This document shows, piece after piece, positions 1 to 14,390 of a stretch of DNA of 64,000 nt. Position numbers and translations under genes: made by a program. The notes under the pieces were generated by a model. That model was not told the origin of the DNA, did not search any database, and saw only the letters and a list, made by a program, of their open reading frames with translations. The stretch lies in the NCBI RefSeq assembly GCF_009914755.1, contig NC_060932.1; one strand, written 5' to 3'. Positions within the stretch are counted from its first letter, which is position 1. Every line of letters begins with the position of its first letter. The DNA is from the human T2T-CHM13v2.0 reference genome, Homo sapiens.

Positions 1-1611
1 TCCTACCAGCCAATTCAAGGAGAAAATCCTGGAAGACTTCTTGCTTCCTGTCCCTCAAGTTAAGCAAGTTGGTAACACATTCATTGCCCTAGTGGGATCT
101 CTTTTGCAGGGAGGGGTGGACCCACCCTTCTCCCTTTGTCCTTTACTTCCAATGCTACAATTCCAAACTAAAGGATCTCCCCATTTCCACTTGATCCTTT
201 CCTTCATTGTAAATTGGATAAACAAGAGTGGTTTTCATATTATGAGCCTCACATCCCAATAATACATTATGAAATCAATATGGTGGATTATAACCAATTT
301 TTTCCAAAAAATGAAACCGAAAAGTAGAGAACATGAGATGCAATGGTAAGTACTGTTTCACGAAACTTTTATTTTAGGTATATACTTTTATTTATTGTTT
401 TTATTATATTTTATGTATTTGATATGTAATATTGGTTGCCATAAGAATGTATCTTTTACTGTGCAACAAAGGCACAGTTTGAAAAATACTGACCTAAATG
501 GTTCCTTTTGCCAGTGCCAAAACTACTAATCGTCAGGCTAAAGAAAATCTATTAATTATGTTAATACCTCCCTCAGTTTCTTTTAGGTCTTGTCAGCACT
601 TTTCCTTTGATACTGCTCGCTGGGGCAGCATGACATGTCAGCACTTTCTTTTGAAAGAGCAGAGTTGATAGGGCCTTATTATTTCACAATTAGTTCACAT
701 GCCAAATAGCAAATTAGGAAAGGGATGAGAGAAACGTTTTAGAATTTATCAAAAGAGGAGTGAAAAAACAAAACCAGACCCACGGTTCTTACACTTCACG
801 GACAGCATGAGAAAGACGTAATCCTGCACAGATAGGCTGATGTTACACACCCAACTCTCCAAAGAGTACGGGGCCCAGGAAAACACCTTTCTACAAGGTA
901 TAGTTCATTAGAAACCAGGACTGCTTCTGCATTGTTGATGCTTAAGTCACACTCAGTATTTGCACATGTATGTGTACACATACACATTTTGTTAACTTTG
1001 ACAGTTTATTCATCTAGCAAAATAAAGGAATGTTTGCTTTTAATGCAATTCCCACAGTTTTGGTCCTTTTTTCTCACCTCAAGCCAGAGAATGAATTTTT
1101 CTACCCACAGTTATTCTAGTGTCGCATGTCTTTATTTCAAACCAAATTATTTTCATTTAATCTCTTGCTGACTTCAGTTTCTCTGGGCCGTCAAATAGGG
1201 GTCCAAGACAGCAGGCATGCCAGAGTAAATGAGAACATGACAGAACTAAAGTGAAAGCTTTTCTTCTGGGATCCTCAGTGACACAGAGTACTTGATTATG
1301 GCCACTCTTGCTTTTTTAGCCCTATTGGTGTTAATTTTACTCATAGTTATGGAAGTGGTAGTTACTTCAAAGCACCATTAGAGTTAACAATTTTGATGTT
1401 CTGAATTTGTTAAACAGTAAGAATACTTATGTCACTTAATTCCCAATCCTTTTTTAAGAAAAAAAAAGTTAATTTAAAAACAATAAACAAAAAGCCATTC
1501 TCAAACAAAATTATGTGATGAACTTAAGGAACAAACGAAACTCTTGGATTTTTCACTGCGAAATTCAATTACGTTCAACCAAGGTCCTAGATCAGGTCTT
1601 CTTTTTCATAG

Positions 1612-1617
1612 ACTACA
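1612..1617 (+). other. Candidate 6-nt microexon (ACT ACA, Thr-Thr)
   Basis: tcttctttttcatag|ACTACA|gtatgt; frame-preserving in a phase-0 intron. Confidence 0.3.
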
Positions 1618-1681
1618 GTATGTAAGGATCCTTTTGAACATGGCAGACCTTGCTTTCTAAAGTATCCTATGATTTTTTAAT

Positions 1682-1985
1682 ATAGTCATTTCCTCATTTC
1701 CACAGGCAATTGGTTCCAGGACCCCCACAATACCGAAATCCATGGATGCTCAAGTCTCTGATATAAAATGGCATAGTATTTGCATATAACCTCTGCATTT
1801 CCTCCCGTGTACTTTAAATCATGTCTAGATTATTTATAATACCTAATACAATGTAAATGCTATGTAAGTAGTTATTATACCGTATTGTTTAGGGAATAAT
1901 GACAAGGAAATAAACCTCTGCTTACTTTTTTTTTCTATATTTTTAATCATCAGTTGGTTGAACCCATGATATGGAGGGCCTTGTG
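1682..1985. mobile_element. MER2-like Tigger-family DNA transposon
   Basis: ttggttccaggacccc..atggatgctcaagtctctgatataaaatggcatagtatttgcatataacct matches recalled MER2. Confidence 0.75.
1706..1789 (+). CDS. DOCK5: Candidate alternative last exon of DOCK5 derived from MER2 (AIGSRTPTIPKSMDAQVSDIKWHSICI*)
   Basis: catttcctcatttccacag|GCA; 27 codons then TAA in phase 0; AATAAA at 1909-1914 followed by a U-rich tract. Confidence 0.45.
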   Translation, partial: AIGSRTPTIPKSMDAQVSDIKWHSICI

Positions 1986-2503
1986 TATATAAAAATCAAT
2001 CTAGCTAATAGTGCCATTGTTGTTGGCTTTGAACAGTAGATAGATAGGGTTCCCCCAGGATCTAAATGATAAATTCTGGATTTTTTTTTTAATTTTTTTG
2101 TGTTCATTAAAGAGTGCTTAAAACCTTTAAGCTTAAAATCTCACCCTTCAGAAGAAATCTTTCGGTAAGAGTTTCTCTTTGTTCTCTTGGTAAGTAAAGA
2201 AAAACTTTCTAATTCAATGAAATGATGACACAGACAAGGGACATGCATTTATTTGATGATTGTTTTAAGCCGAAATATCCTTCTTGTGGAGAGATTCAGG
2301 GAAAATACAGGCAAATCAAATTCAGTTGCCATGAATTCTGCTCTGCTTTTGACACCCCGTCATTAAGAGATCAGCTCATTAGAAACGCTCTCCTGTGCTG
2401 TGTCCCTCATTTCTCCGTCTTTAAGGGGAAGAGCTACTTGAAAGGCCTGTTGTTTTAATGGAAATTCTTGGTGTCATTTATAAGCTGACCCAGCCATTTA
2501 GAG

Positions 2504-2543
2504 TGATGATAAAAGGAGCTAGTTGATGATAAAAGGAGCTAGT
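2504..2543 (+). repeat. Exact 20-bp tandem duplication
   Basis: tgatgataaaaggagctagt x2. Confidence 0.95.
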
Positions 2544-2922
2544 GGTTTTACAAATTGAAGAAGCCAAGCGCTTTTCCGAAACTGATTATTGATCCTGGTG
2601 GAATTGTGGGAGTGTGGATAAGGGCAACATCTAGAAAATCATTAGTTTATTTTTCTACTCAAGTGAGTGGGTTACAATGAGGAAGGAGAAGCAGAACTGA
2701 GAGACAGGCTGTAAATCAGAAACACATGACCTAGGTTTACTCTGACTTTCTGTGTGTCATCATGGCATAGGAGTCATTCTATAAGCATCAGATTTGCCAG
2801 AGCAATTCTATGACTGTAAATGGCCAAGTGTCATCATGGAAAGGTGAAGCCTACTGATGACAAATACACACATACTATGTAACAAATACACACATACTGT
2901 ATAACAAATACATGCTATATAA

Positions 2923-3245
<323 letters not shown>

Positions 3246-3597
3246 TCAAATATTCTCCTAATATGAAAATCATCATGTCTGAACATCCAGTGTAAATTGT
3301 CTGCTTATGATCTGCTTAGATGTCACAAGATTCATCACTCTGCATTTACGTTTCTGAATACTTCTATCTTGAATGTTTTCCACTTATTAGGAGCGACTAG
3401 TCACCAGATTGTGAATGCATGAAAATTTTAATTGGTCCTTTACCTTCTGATTTCAAAAACCTTCAGCAGGGATGTTCCTTTGTAGTAGCAGTGTTACATT
3501 TTACTTTTGACTTCCAGAATTGGATCCTTGTAACTAAACAGTTTATCCGTGCCCAGCGCCTCCGCAACCCCACTCCTGCTTTTTTATGAGTTTTGGA

Positions 3598-3935
3598 CTT
3601 TTTTTATTGTGGTAAAAATATATATAACATAAAATTTACCATCTTAACCATTTGTAAGTGTACTTTCCAGTGGCACTAAGTACATTCTCATTGTTGTGCA
3701 ACCATCAACACCATCCATCTCCAGAAGTCTTTCATCTTTCCAAACTAAAATTCTGTCCCCTTTAGATACTAACTTCCTATTGTTCCCTATCCCCCGCAAG
3801 CCCCTCAGAACCCCCATTGTACTTTCTGTCTTTATGAATTTGACTACTCCAGGTGTAAGTGGAGCCGTACAGTATTTGTCCTTTTGTGACTGGCTTATTT
3901 CACTTAGTGTAATGTCTTCAAGGTTAGTTCCCAAC
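3598..3935 (-). mobile_element. L1MB-type 3' end fragment
   Basis: ttattgtggtaaaa..ttgttgtgcaaccatca..ttgtgactggcttatttcacttag. Confidence 0.8.
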
Positions 3936-4105
3936 ATCCCAGTTTAGTTCCCCACAGAGATGATAGTCAGCAAATCATTTGCCGTGGCGCAGTGGCACAG
4001 TGGCACAGCGGCACAGCAGGCAGAAGAAACACCCAGAGTTCCTTAGGCCTCCTAGGGACAGGCCTAGAGCTTCCGAACTGCAGAAATCAGGCCCCAGAGG
4101 AATCA

Positions 4106-4729
<624 letters not shown>

Positions 4730-5666
4730 TTATTTGATCAGTTTTCCAAAATGGTTCTGAATCCCACCTCCATAATGAAAGAGGTCATTGTCACCTTGTG
4801 TCTGTGTGTGTTCTTGGTCTCATCAGTAACGGGATTAGAATTCACACTCATATTCCCCACGCCTGCCCCCGTCTCAAAGCGAGGAGGAGAAGGGATGTAC
4901 TTTTTATTTGGGGCTTTGTGTCTGGTGGGGAAGCACATGCAGGATCCACTCTGTCATCACCAATGCTAGGGGCAGTTTAATCTCAAATGTTCTTGCTGTT
5001 TCCTGTTTTATTGGCAACGGATTAAAAGAGAGAAAGCAGAGTGTTGTACAGACAAATATAGCACATGCAACTGGACACAAGAACAACCCTGTCAATGTTC
5101 ACTGGTTTCCTGTCTGAGTGGAGTAAGGATCAGTGGGTATATATGCCTCCGGGCACTGGGACATCCCCTCCCACCTTTATGATCAGCCACCCCTGACATG
5201 TCATGTTCATGGAGTTCACACCAACTCTTCCAGGAATAGGGCTGGGAGCAGTTAGCCAACAGTGCCAGGTATAAGCTCCATGTAAGATACCATGAAACAG
5301 ATCAGCATCACTGTCTCCGGATGACATCTCCTCTGTGTGTGAGCATATCACACAGTAAACAGCAGAAGCTTTGGTACACATAACACTCACATCTGGGACT
5401 TGCTTCCTGTTGGTTAGATCTGGTCCTCTGTTCTCTGATTTCTATCCACCAGTTTCTCCTCTTTCTCTTAGGTCTTTCCAGGCCTAAGTCTTCCCCATGG
5501 GCAGTGTTACAATACTGATGTAGAACTGCCTCTTAGGGATATAGAATGGAGAGCAGTTTGACACTGTGAGGTGCTGAAAATAACCAGGTAACTAACACCC
5601 GTTGATTTTGAGTGCATTTGGTTTAAGTGGGAGTGCTGAGAGGAACTACTTTAGAAAAATCACTAT

Positions 5667-5901
5667 GTAGTTGACCCGTGAAAAATATGAGTTTGAACTC
5701 TGCAGCACTTCCACATGGATTTTTTTTTTTTAGCCAAATGCAAATCAAAATTACAATATTCTTGGGACATGAAACCTGTGTAAAAGTATATGCGGGTTGT
5801 GCAGGGCTGCGTGCCATACTTGAGTATGTGTGGATTTGGGTATATGCTTTGTGGGAAGGAGGTTTCTGGAACCAACCCCTTGCATATTCTGAGGGATGAC
5901 T
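5667..5901. mobile_element. Tigger4a/MER46A-like DNA transposon
   Basis: Ends agttgacccgtgaaaaatatgagtttgaact..ctggaaccaacccc..gagggatgact resemble Tigger terminal inverted repeats. Confidence 0.7.
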
Positions 5902-6302
5902 TATTTTATGGGCTACTGAGTACTGCATAGTTTCCATGTCACCCCTTATGTGAAACTTATGGGAAGCATCTCATGGCAAGTAGCATCTGAGGGGTTTAGG
6001 AGTTCACAATTACACTCCTTCCCATTATGTTATCTCTGAGCTGACACAGCATGTTTGCCTCTTCATTCACAAAATATCCTATGCTCTCTGAACCCAAATT
6101 TTAATTTCTACCTTTTTGATGTTTCCACCATGCTTTTGTGGAGGTAGCCAGTCAACGTAAGTGGTGTCCTGCCAACCTGATCTCAGGAGTTTAGCTATTG
6201 CCTGGGTGTTCCCATTTATTCTCTTTACTTTGGGCTGAGGTGTTTTTGTTTGGTTTTTGTTTTGTTTTTATGGCCATATAACCAAAATTCTTTTCTCTGT
6301 AG

Positions 6303-6358
6303 GGCATTTTCCCTGAAACATATATCCATTTGAAAGAGGCAACTGTGGAAGACCTGGG
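6303..6358 (+). CDS. DOCK5: DOCK5 exon 4 (56 nt; GIFPETYIHLKEATVEDLG, end of SH3)
   Basis: ttttctctgtag|GGC ... CTG GG|gtaagt. Confidence 0.96.
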
Positions 6359-6469
6359 GTAAGTTCCAAGCTAGGAAGATTCCCCAAAAATGATGAAGAT
6401 GTAACATTATCATTAATGATAATCTTTAGGCATTAATGCCTTATGTACGTTAATAGTTCTCTCATCTCA

Positions 6470-6773
<304 letters not shown>

Positions 6774-7084
6774 ATTTCTCTCATCTCATCAGTTCTACTT
6801 CTCCTATGAGAGAGAAATGAAGAAAAACTTTTCACTCATACAATTCCTTCCTCTGTCTTCTCTTTCTATAATTGTTCCTCCTTTCCATTACTTCTCCAGA
6901 ATACTAAACACAGAAGTAGCAAAAACTGAGGGCTTTTGCCTCTACATTACATTTATTATCTGTTCACTGATTGTGTGTGTGTGCGTGTGTGTATGTTTGC
7001 ACACATGAACATTTGGGACTCTGACTGATAAGATCTGAGAAGCCCCCAATTCAGGATCCTTGAGAGAGAGATGATTAAGCAACA

Positions 7085-7240
7085 GCCTGCATTTACCAGC
7101 TCTGAGCCTTGGATGAATCACTTAAACTTAAGTGGATCCTGGGTTTTTCACAGCATATTAGGGGAAACAATCTGACCCTACTTTGATCATGAGCTTGTCA
7201 TGAGATTCGAATGAGGTAATGTATGCAAATGTGCCCTGAA
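7085..7240 (+). mobile_element. MIR fragment
   Basis: atttaccagctctgagccttggatgaatcacttaa..tgagattcgaatgaggtaatgtatg. Confidence 0.6.
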
Positions 7241-7568
7241 GATAAGATCTGCTATATTTTGGGTATTCATATTTCTTGCCCACCTCATCTTGCCCACCTC
7301 ATTTGTCCTGGGAAGTACTGCCTCTGTGACAGCTAAGAAGAGTGAGCTACTTAGTCTAAGTGGGAGAGAGAGAGGTGACTTAGGTGATGGTGAGTCTCTG
7401 GACAGGAGAGTTCTGGAGGCAGTACGGAGAGGCTGGGGTAGGACTGGAATCCTGGGGCTGATGGAGAGGAGAGTGGGGCCGAGGAGAGAGTGGACAGCTG
7501 GGTCACAGAACCATGCAGCCTCACAGCTAGAAAGAGCATTCCCAGTTGTAGTTCAGCACCATCATTTC

Positions 7569-8447
<879 letters not shown>

Positions 8448-8627
8448 TCATAGACAAGTGGTCAAGATGTCCTCAAAGCCGTACAGCTCTTTGGTGGCAG
8501 AACCAGGACCAAAAACCAGGTCTCCTGCCCTGCTGGAGAAGTCCTCTTTCCGGTGGGCCGTGGGCTGCCTCCACTGCCACCCACCATGTTGGAGGAAACG
8601 TAGGTGGGGAGGCACATTCACACCAAT

Positions 8628-8802
8628 TAGGGTTATACAGGATGCCCAGTTACATTGGCAATTCAAATAGTAAGTAATTTTTCATAGTAAGCATTTCCCA
8701 GATATTTCATGGGTCACACTTATTCTAAAAAATCTTACTATACCAGAAATTCAAACTTAACTAGGTCTCCTATATTTTTCCTCATTGAGCCTGGCAGTCC
8801 TA
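8628..8802. mobile_element. MER53 (palindromic hAT MITE)
   Basis: tagggtt..acaggatgcccagtta..gaaattcaaacttaactagg..ctggcagtccta. Confidence 0.75.
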
Positions 8803-9485
8803 CCACCAGTTCCAATTTGTTTGCTTGCTCTTGCTTTCTCCTTTTTTCTTTTTGCTAATCATAAAAATGCCAGAGAGGATTTCTGTGAATAAATGTAGTA
8901 CCTACCTTTATGAGAGTCTTCTGTGAGTAAGCAAGGATTTTGTTAAGTGTACGTTTTCTGTGTTGTGAAACTGCAGATGAGAAGAAAACATGGGACTATT
9001 CCAGAAAGGGGTGCTGCCTCCGTACCCCCCACCTCTACCCTGGCCTCTGCCCCAACCAGGTCCTGGGTGGACTCACAGCCCCAGGACACTCGTGCCACAC
9101 ACACCTTTCCATCCAGCCTCCCAAATGAAACAGCTGCTTGGTGGAACCAGCTAAAATGCTGCATATTTTGCTTCCATCTTTGAGAATCACTGAAGCCAGC
9201 CTGGCTCAGTAATCGAGTCTCCTGGAGAAATCTACACTGGGGAGGTCGAGGCTGGGCCGCAGGCTCATTCAGTTGCAGGAACGGAGCCCATTTTGAGGAC
9301 TGTGCTGCCTTACTCTCCTTCTCTTCTCCCAGATGCTTGGATGCGATAAAGTCCCCTGCACAACTCCTGCCCCCAGGCCTAACCAGCTTCATTCTCAACC
9401 TTGAACGTTGGGAAGTCTGATCCCCATCAAGTAAAGCAGTGCTGATCAGCCTAGAAGAAAGTGACCCTCGTTTGGTTCTTTGTAG

Positions 9486-9582
9486 GCAGCATGAAACCGT
9501 GATTCCTGGCGAGCTCCCCCTGGTGCAGGAGCTCACGTCCACTCTGCGAGAATGGGCTGTCATCTGGCGAAAGCTCTACGTG
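9486..9582 (+). CDS. DOCK5: DOCK5 exon 5 (97 nt; QHETVIPGELPLVQELTSTLREWAVIWRKLYV)
   Basis: ctttgtag|G CAG ... TAC GTG|gtgagt; phase matches exon 4. Confidence 0.96.
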
Positions 9583-10388
9583 GTGAGTTTCCCCTTGTGG
9601 CTTGGAGCCCCAGGGTCACTCTGGGTCCTCAGCCTGTAGGTCCTTTGCAGGGTGTTGGCCCCTTATTGCTGACTTCATGGAGTGGGATGCATTCTCCCTG
9701 GATCACACAAAGGCTGATAAGCAGCAGATTCTCATTTCCCCAGAGCTGGGTCACTGATAGCGGGTAGTGGAGTAACTGGGCGTAATCATTCTAGCAGTCT
9801 TTTCTCAAATGATAAACATGCTGATTGTGAAAGTACTAATGATAATAATCACTGCAAACACTTCTGCAGTCTTTCCTAAGTGCCAGAAACTATGAATCCT
9901 CACAACATTCCTATAAAGTAGGTGCAATTATTATTAATTTGTTAATAAGGAACCTGAGTCATGCTCTTAGCCTCTTCATGTATACCAGTGAACTGAAATT
10001 TATCGATATTTCAGGGCTCAGCTGCATGAGGATGACATTCTTTACCTTGGCCCACATACCTTACAGACTCAGAAACTTGAATAGTGTTAAGTTGTGGTCT
10101 GAGAGTCACCTTTTTGGGCAGACTCACAGTATTCTTTCTCCCAACACTGGTTTGACCTCATAATGCTAATACAGTGTGTCAGTTCACAGGGAAATTACAA
10201 GGAGCCAGCACATCCTCTCCGTAATAAACAATAAGCTCAAGTTGTGTGCAGGAATCAGCACCAAGTAAATCTAGCATTTAACATGATCAAACTGAGAACA
10301 GCTGTCTTGCAAGAGACCAAGGATGCTCAAAGTCTATTGGCAGCAAGCCTGCCTCATCTGCAGTGTAGAAAGCTCTTTCCTTAATGTT

Positions 10389-10494
10389 TTTTTTTTTTTT
10401 TGAGACGGAGTCTCACTCTTTCGCCCAAGCTGGACTGCAGTGGCGCTGTCCCGGCTCACTGCAAGCTCCGCCTCTTGGGTTCATGCCATTCTCC
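10389..10494 (-). mobile_element. 5'-truncated AluY-lineage element
   Basis: AluY diagnostics (gcaagctcc, gccattctcc); TSD tccttaatgtt at 10378-10388 / 10495-10505. Confidence 0.85.
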
Positions 10495-10527
10495 TCCTTA
10501 ATGTTAACATTGGAATCCACAAAGACT

Positions 10528-10980
10528 TTTTATTTTATTTATTTATTTTTTTGAGATGGAGTCTCGCTCTGTCACTCAGGCTGGAGTGCAGTGACACCAT
10601 CTCAGCTCACTGCAACCTCCGCCTCCCAAGTTCAAGCAATTCTGCCTCAGCCTCCCAAGTAGCTGGGACTATAGGCGTGTGCCACCCCGCCTGGCTAATT
10701 TTTTTTTTTTTTTGTATTTTTAATAGAGAAAAGGTTTCACCATGTTGGCCAGGCTGGTCTTGAACTCCTGACCTCAAGTGATCTATGTGTCTTGGCCTCC
10801 CAAAGTGTTGAGATTACAGGAGTGAGCCACCATGGCCGGCTAATTTTGTGTGTGTGTTTTTAGTAGAGATGGGGTTTTACCATGCTGGGCAGGCTGGTCT
10901 TGAACTCCTGACCTCAAGTGATCCAACTGTCTTGGCCTCCCAAAGTGTTGGGATTACGGGCGTGAGCCACTGTGCCCCGC
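10528..10980 (-). mobile_element. Alu trimer (two left arms, one right arm)
   Basis: Single TSD ccacaaagact at 10517-10527 / 10981-10991. Confidence 0.85.
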
Positions 10981-12061
10981 CCACAAAGACTGTTTATTCT
11001 AAAGTTGCTTCTTTGCCTATAGCCCTTGTAGTTCAGCATCACTGGGTCTTGCCTCTGTTAGTGGGTTCCAGCCTTCTGTGGCTGACCAGAAATTCCTATG
11101 GCGAATGTATATTCTCTCGTTAGATGTGTGTACAAGTTCAGGGAGGTTGTAGACCAGACTTGATGGCCTGGGAACCCTCCTCTTTTCTTTATGTGGCTTT
11201 GTTTGTCTCAATTTTTGTTCAGTCATGTGTTGATTCATTTTAACTCTGAAAAGCCAATCTTAATAAGTTACTGGGAATACCTCACTCTAGACCCTAAATA
11301 CTGAAGGCAGTAATCAAAAGCTCATTTTGGCATAACTTATAAGAGTTCATGGAAGATATTTCATTTTCATTCAGGGCTGTTGTTTCCCTTGGTTAATCAC
11401 AGCAGTAGAAATCACCAACCCCTTTGGTGGAAAAGCACATGGTATTTCTCTACTTGGTCATCCTTCAAGACCTTGTTTAGACGCTTTCTTCTTCATATTG
11501 TATTTTCTAAACATAGCAATCTATAACGTTTCCCTCTGGACAATAGAAGCACTTACTGCTAAACTCATCATCTGACCCTTGGGGCACACTGCTTCATAAT
11601 AAAGGTGATCTTTTGATCTCTTTATGTTTAGTTGAAGAGAGAATGCACATTAAGTTGCTAAATCACAAGGAGGATGGAGACACTGCTGTCAGCCCCGTGG
11701 CCTTCATTGATCATCTTGCACTTATATTGAGAGTACTCTCTGGTTCTGGTTTATTGATTAGTTAGTTGGGTGGATGTAACAAGGTTGATGGATGAGGAAT
11801 TGCATGTACGTGGGTTGGTTCCTTAACATGTTCTTTCTGGAAATTGATGAGTGTTGAAATGCATTAGATAATCAGTATTGGGAAAGGAGTTTTTTTTTTT
11901 TTTTTTAAAGATGTATGAGACTGGAGAGTATGAGTGAGGCCGACTTTTTTTCTTGCTAAAACACAACTGGTGTGCCCAGTTTATTACCTATGTCTTCTAC
12001 ACATCCACAAGTAATTGTGCCAGGTCTACCATTGAATAGAATGAAGAAAGAAGTGAATGGG

Positions 12062-12370
<309 letters not shown>

Positions 12371-12514
12371 GTGAACGGGGATGAAGAATTAGGACTCATG
12401 TATTTTGGCTGCCAAAATCTCTTAGTAGTTAAAGGTGATAAGGTCTTGTTGAACATTTCCTTGGTGGGAGAGTTTCATGTTGTAGTAGCAGAATTTGGTT
12501 AAAAAAAAAAAAAA

Positions 12515-12861
<347 letters not shown>

Positions 12862-13044
12862 TTAGATATCTAATAACATAATTATTTTGGTATTTGTGAA
12901 TAATTTAAAATGTCTTATAGCCGCTGTTGATTGACTAAAAGACATTCTTTGTAGAAATTCTCAGTCAGTCGATAGGACTGAGAAACCTGCTTCTGCTCTT
13001 GATACATGCTCATCCAGTAAGGAACAATCCACTAAGATTTGTTA

Positions 13045-13126
13045 TTATGGTTAGTGCAAAAGTAATTGTGGCTTTCACCGTTACTTTAAATGGCAAAACC
13101 CACAATTATTTTTGTACCATCCTAGT
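13045..13126. mobile_element. MADE1 (Hsmar1-derived MITE)
   Basis: ggttagtgcaaaagtaattgtgg..aatggcaaaacccacaattatttttgtaccatccta; ~80-bp palindrome. Confidence 0.85.
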
Positions 13127-13481
13127 ATTAATTGTGGCTTTCTCTTTTTTTTTTTTCCTGTCCCTTCCTAAAGCATTGACAGTTAACTTGAGGCAGAACT
13201 TCTGAACTTCTTACTGAAACGTTTCTGTATCAAAGTAGCAAACATCAATATTATGTTTCACTAGGAAACAAGTAAAAACCCAAATCTCTGGTTTTCGTGT
13301 CCCATCTCCTTTCACCTGCTGTATGCTGTTATTGATGTTTTTGCTTTCTGATTCTGTAAGTTCCTTCAGTCCATGTAAAGATAAATACAGATTTTACTAG
13401 TATGTAGCAATACTTGTATTATTTCTCTCTTGCATTTCCCCCTGTAGATTACAACACCAGACGCTCTGTTTGATGTCTTTA

Positions 13482-13853
<372 letters not shown>

Positions 13854-14209
13854 TCAGTCTCAGTTCACCAGAAATGTACGTTGTGGATCCACAGTCTCAT
13901 ATGAGGGGAAAATGCAGTCCACTAACCAGATTAACCCCAGCCATGTAGACGCTGGTGATTATTCTAGAAAAGAAAAATATTTGCCTAGCTGTGATTTATT
14001 TTTAGCAGTTATACGGTAACCATGTAGAATAATCATAAATATGTCTTAAAGGGGAGGGGAGTATGTACACAGAACAGAGGTGAACCCACTTATCCAAAAT
14101 GGAGAGAACAGATGACTCCCCCCGTGGTCTCTCTGTTCCTTAGGTATATTATTATTGTTTTCTGTTGGATTATCTTCCCCAGTGGGTGTTGGCCTTATGC
14201 TCAGGAGAG

Positions 14210-14390
14210 GAAGCGGGTTTTAGGAGACAGACACTGGCCCAGGAATTGGGAAGCTGAGTATCCTGTGCGGGTCCTGTTCTGACCAGTTCTGTGGCCTTGG
14301 GCAAGTCACTTGAACACTTCAAGTCTGCTGGATGTTGTTCCTCTGCAAAAGTTGATGTAAAAGCTGCCGTGTTGACCGCGTAGAACTCTG
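14210..14390 (+). mobile_element. MIR fragment
   Basis: gtggccttgggcaagtcacttgaac core. Confidence 0.6.

Noticed and set aside
8943-9563. 206-aa minus-strand ORF overlapping exon 5
   Set aside because: No recognisable protein similarity; GC-richer stretch antisense to a real exon.
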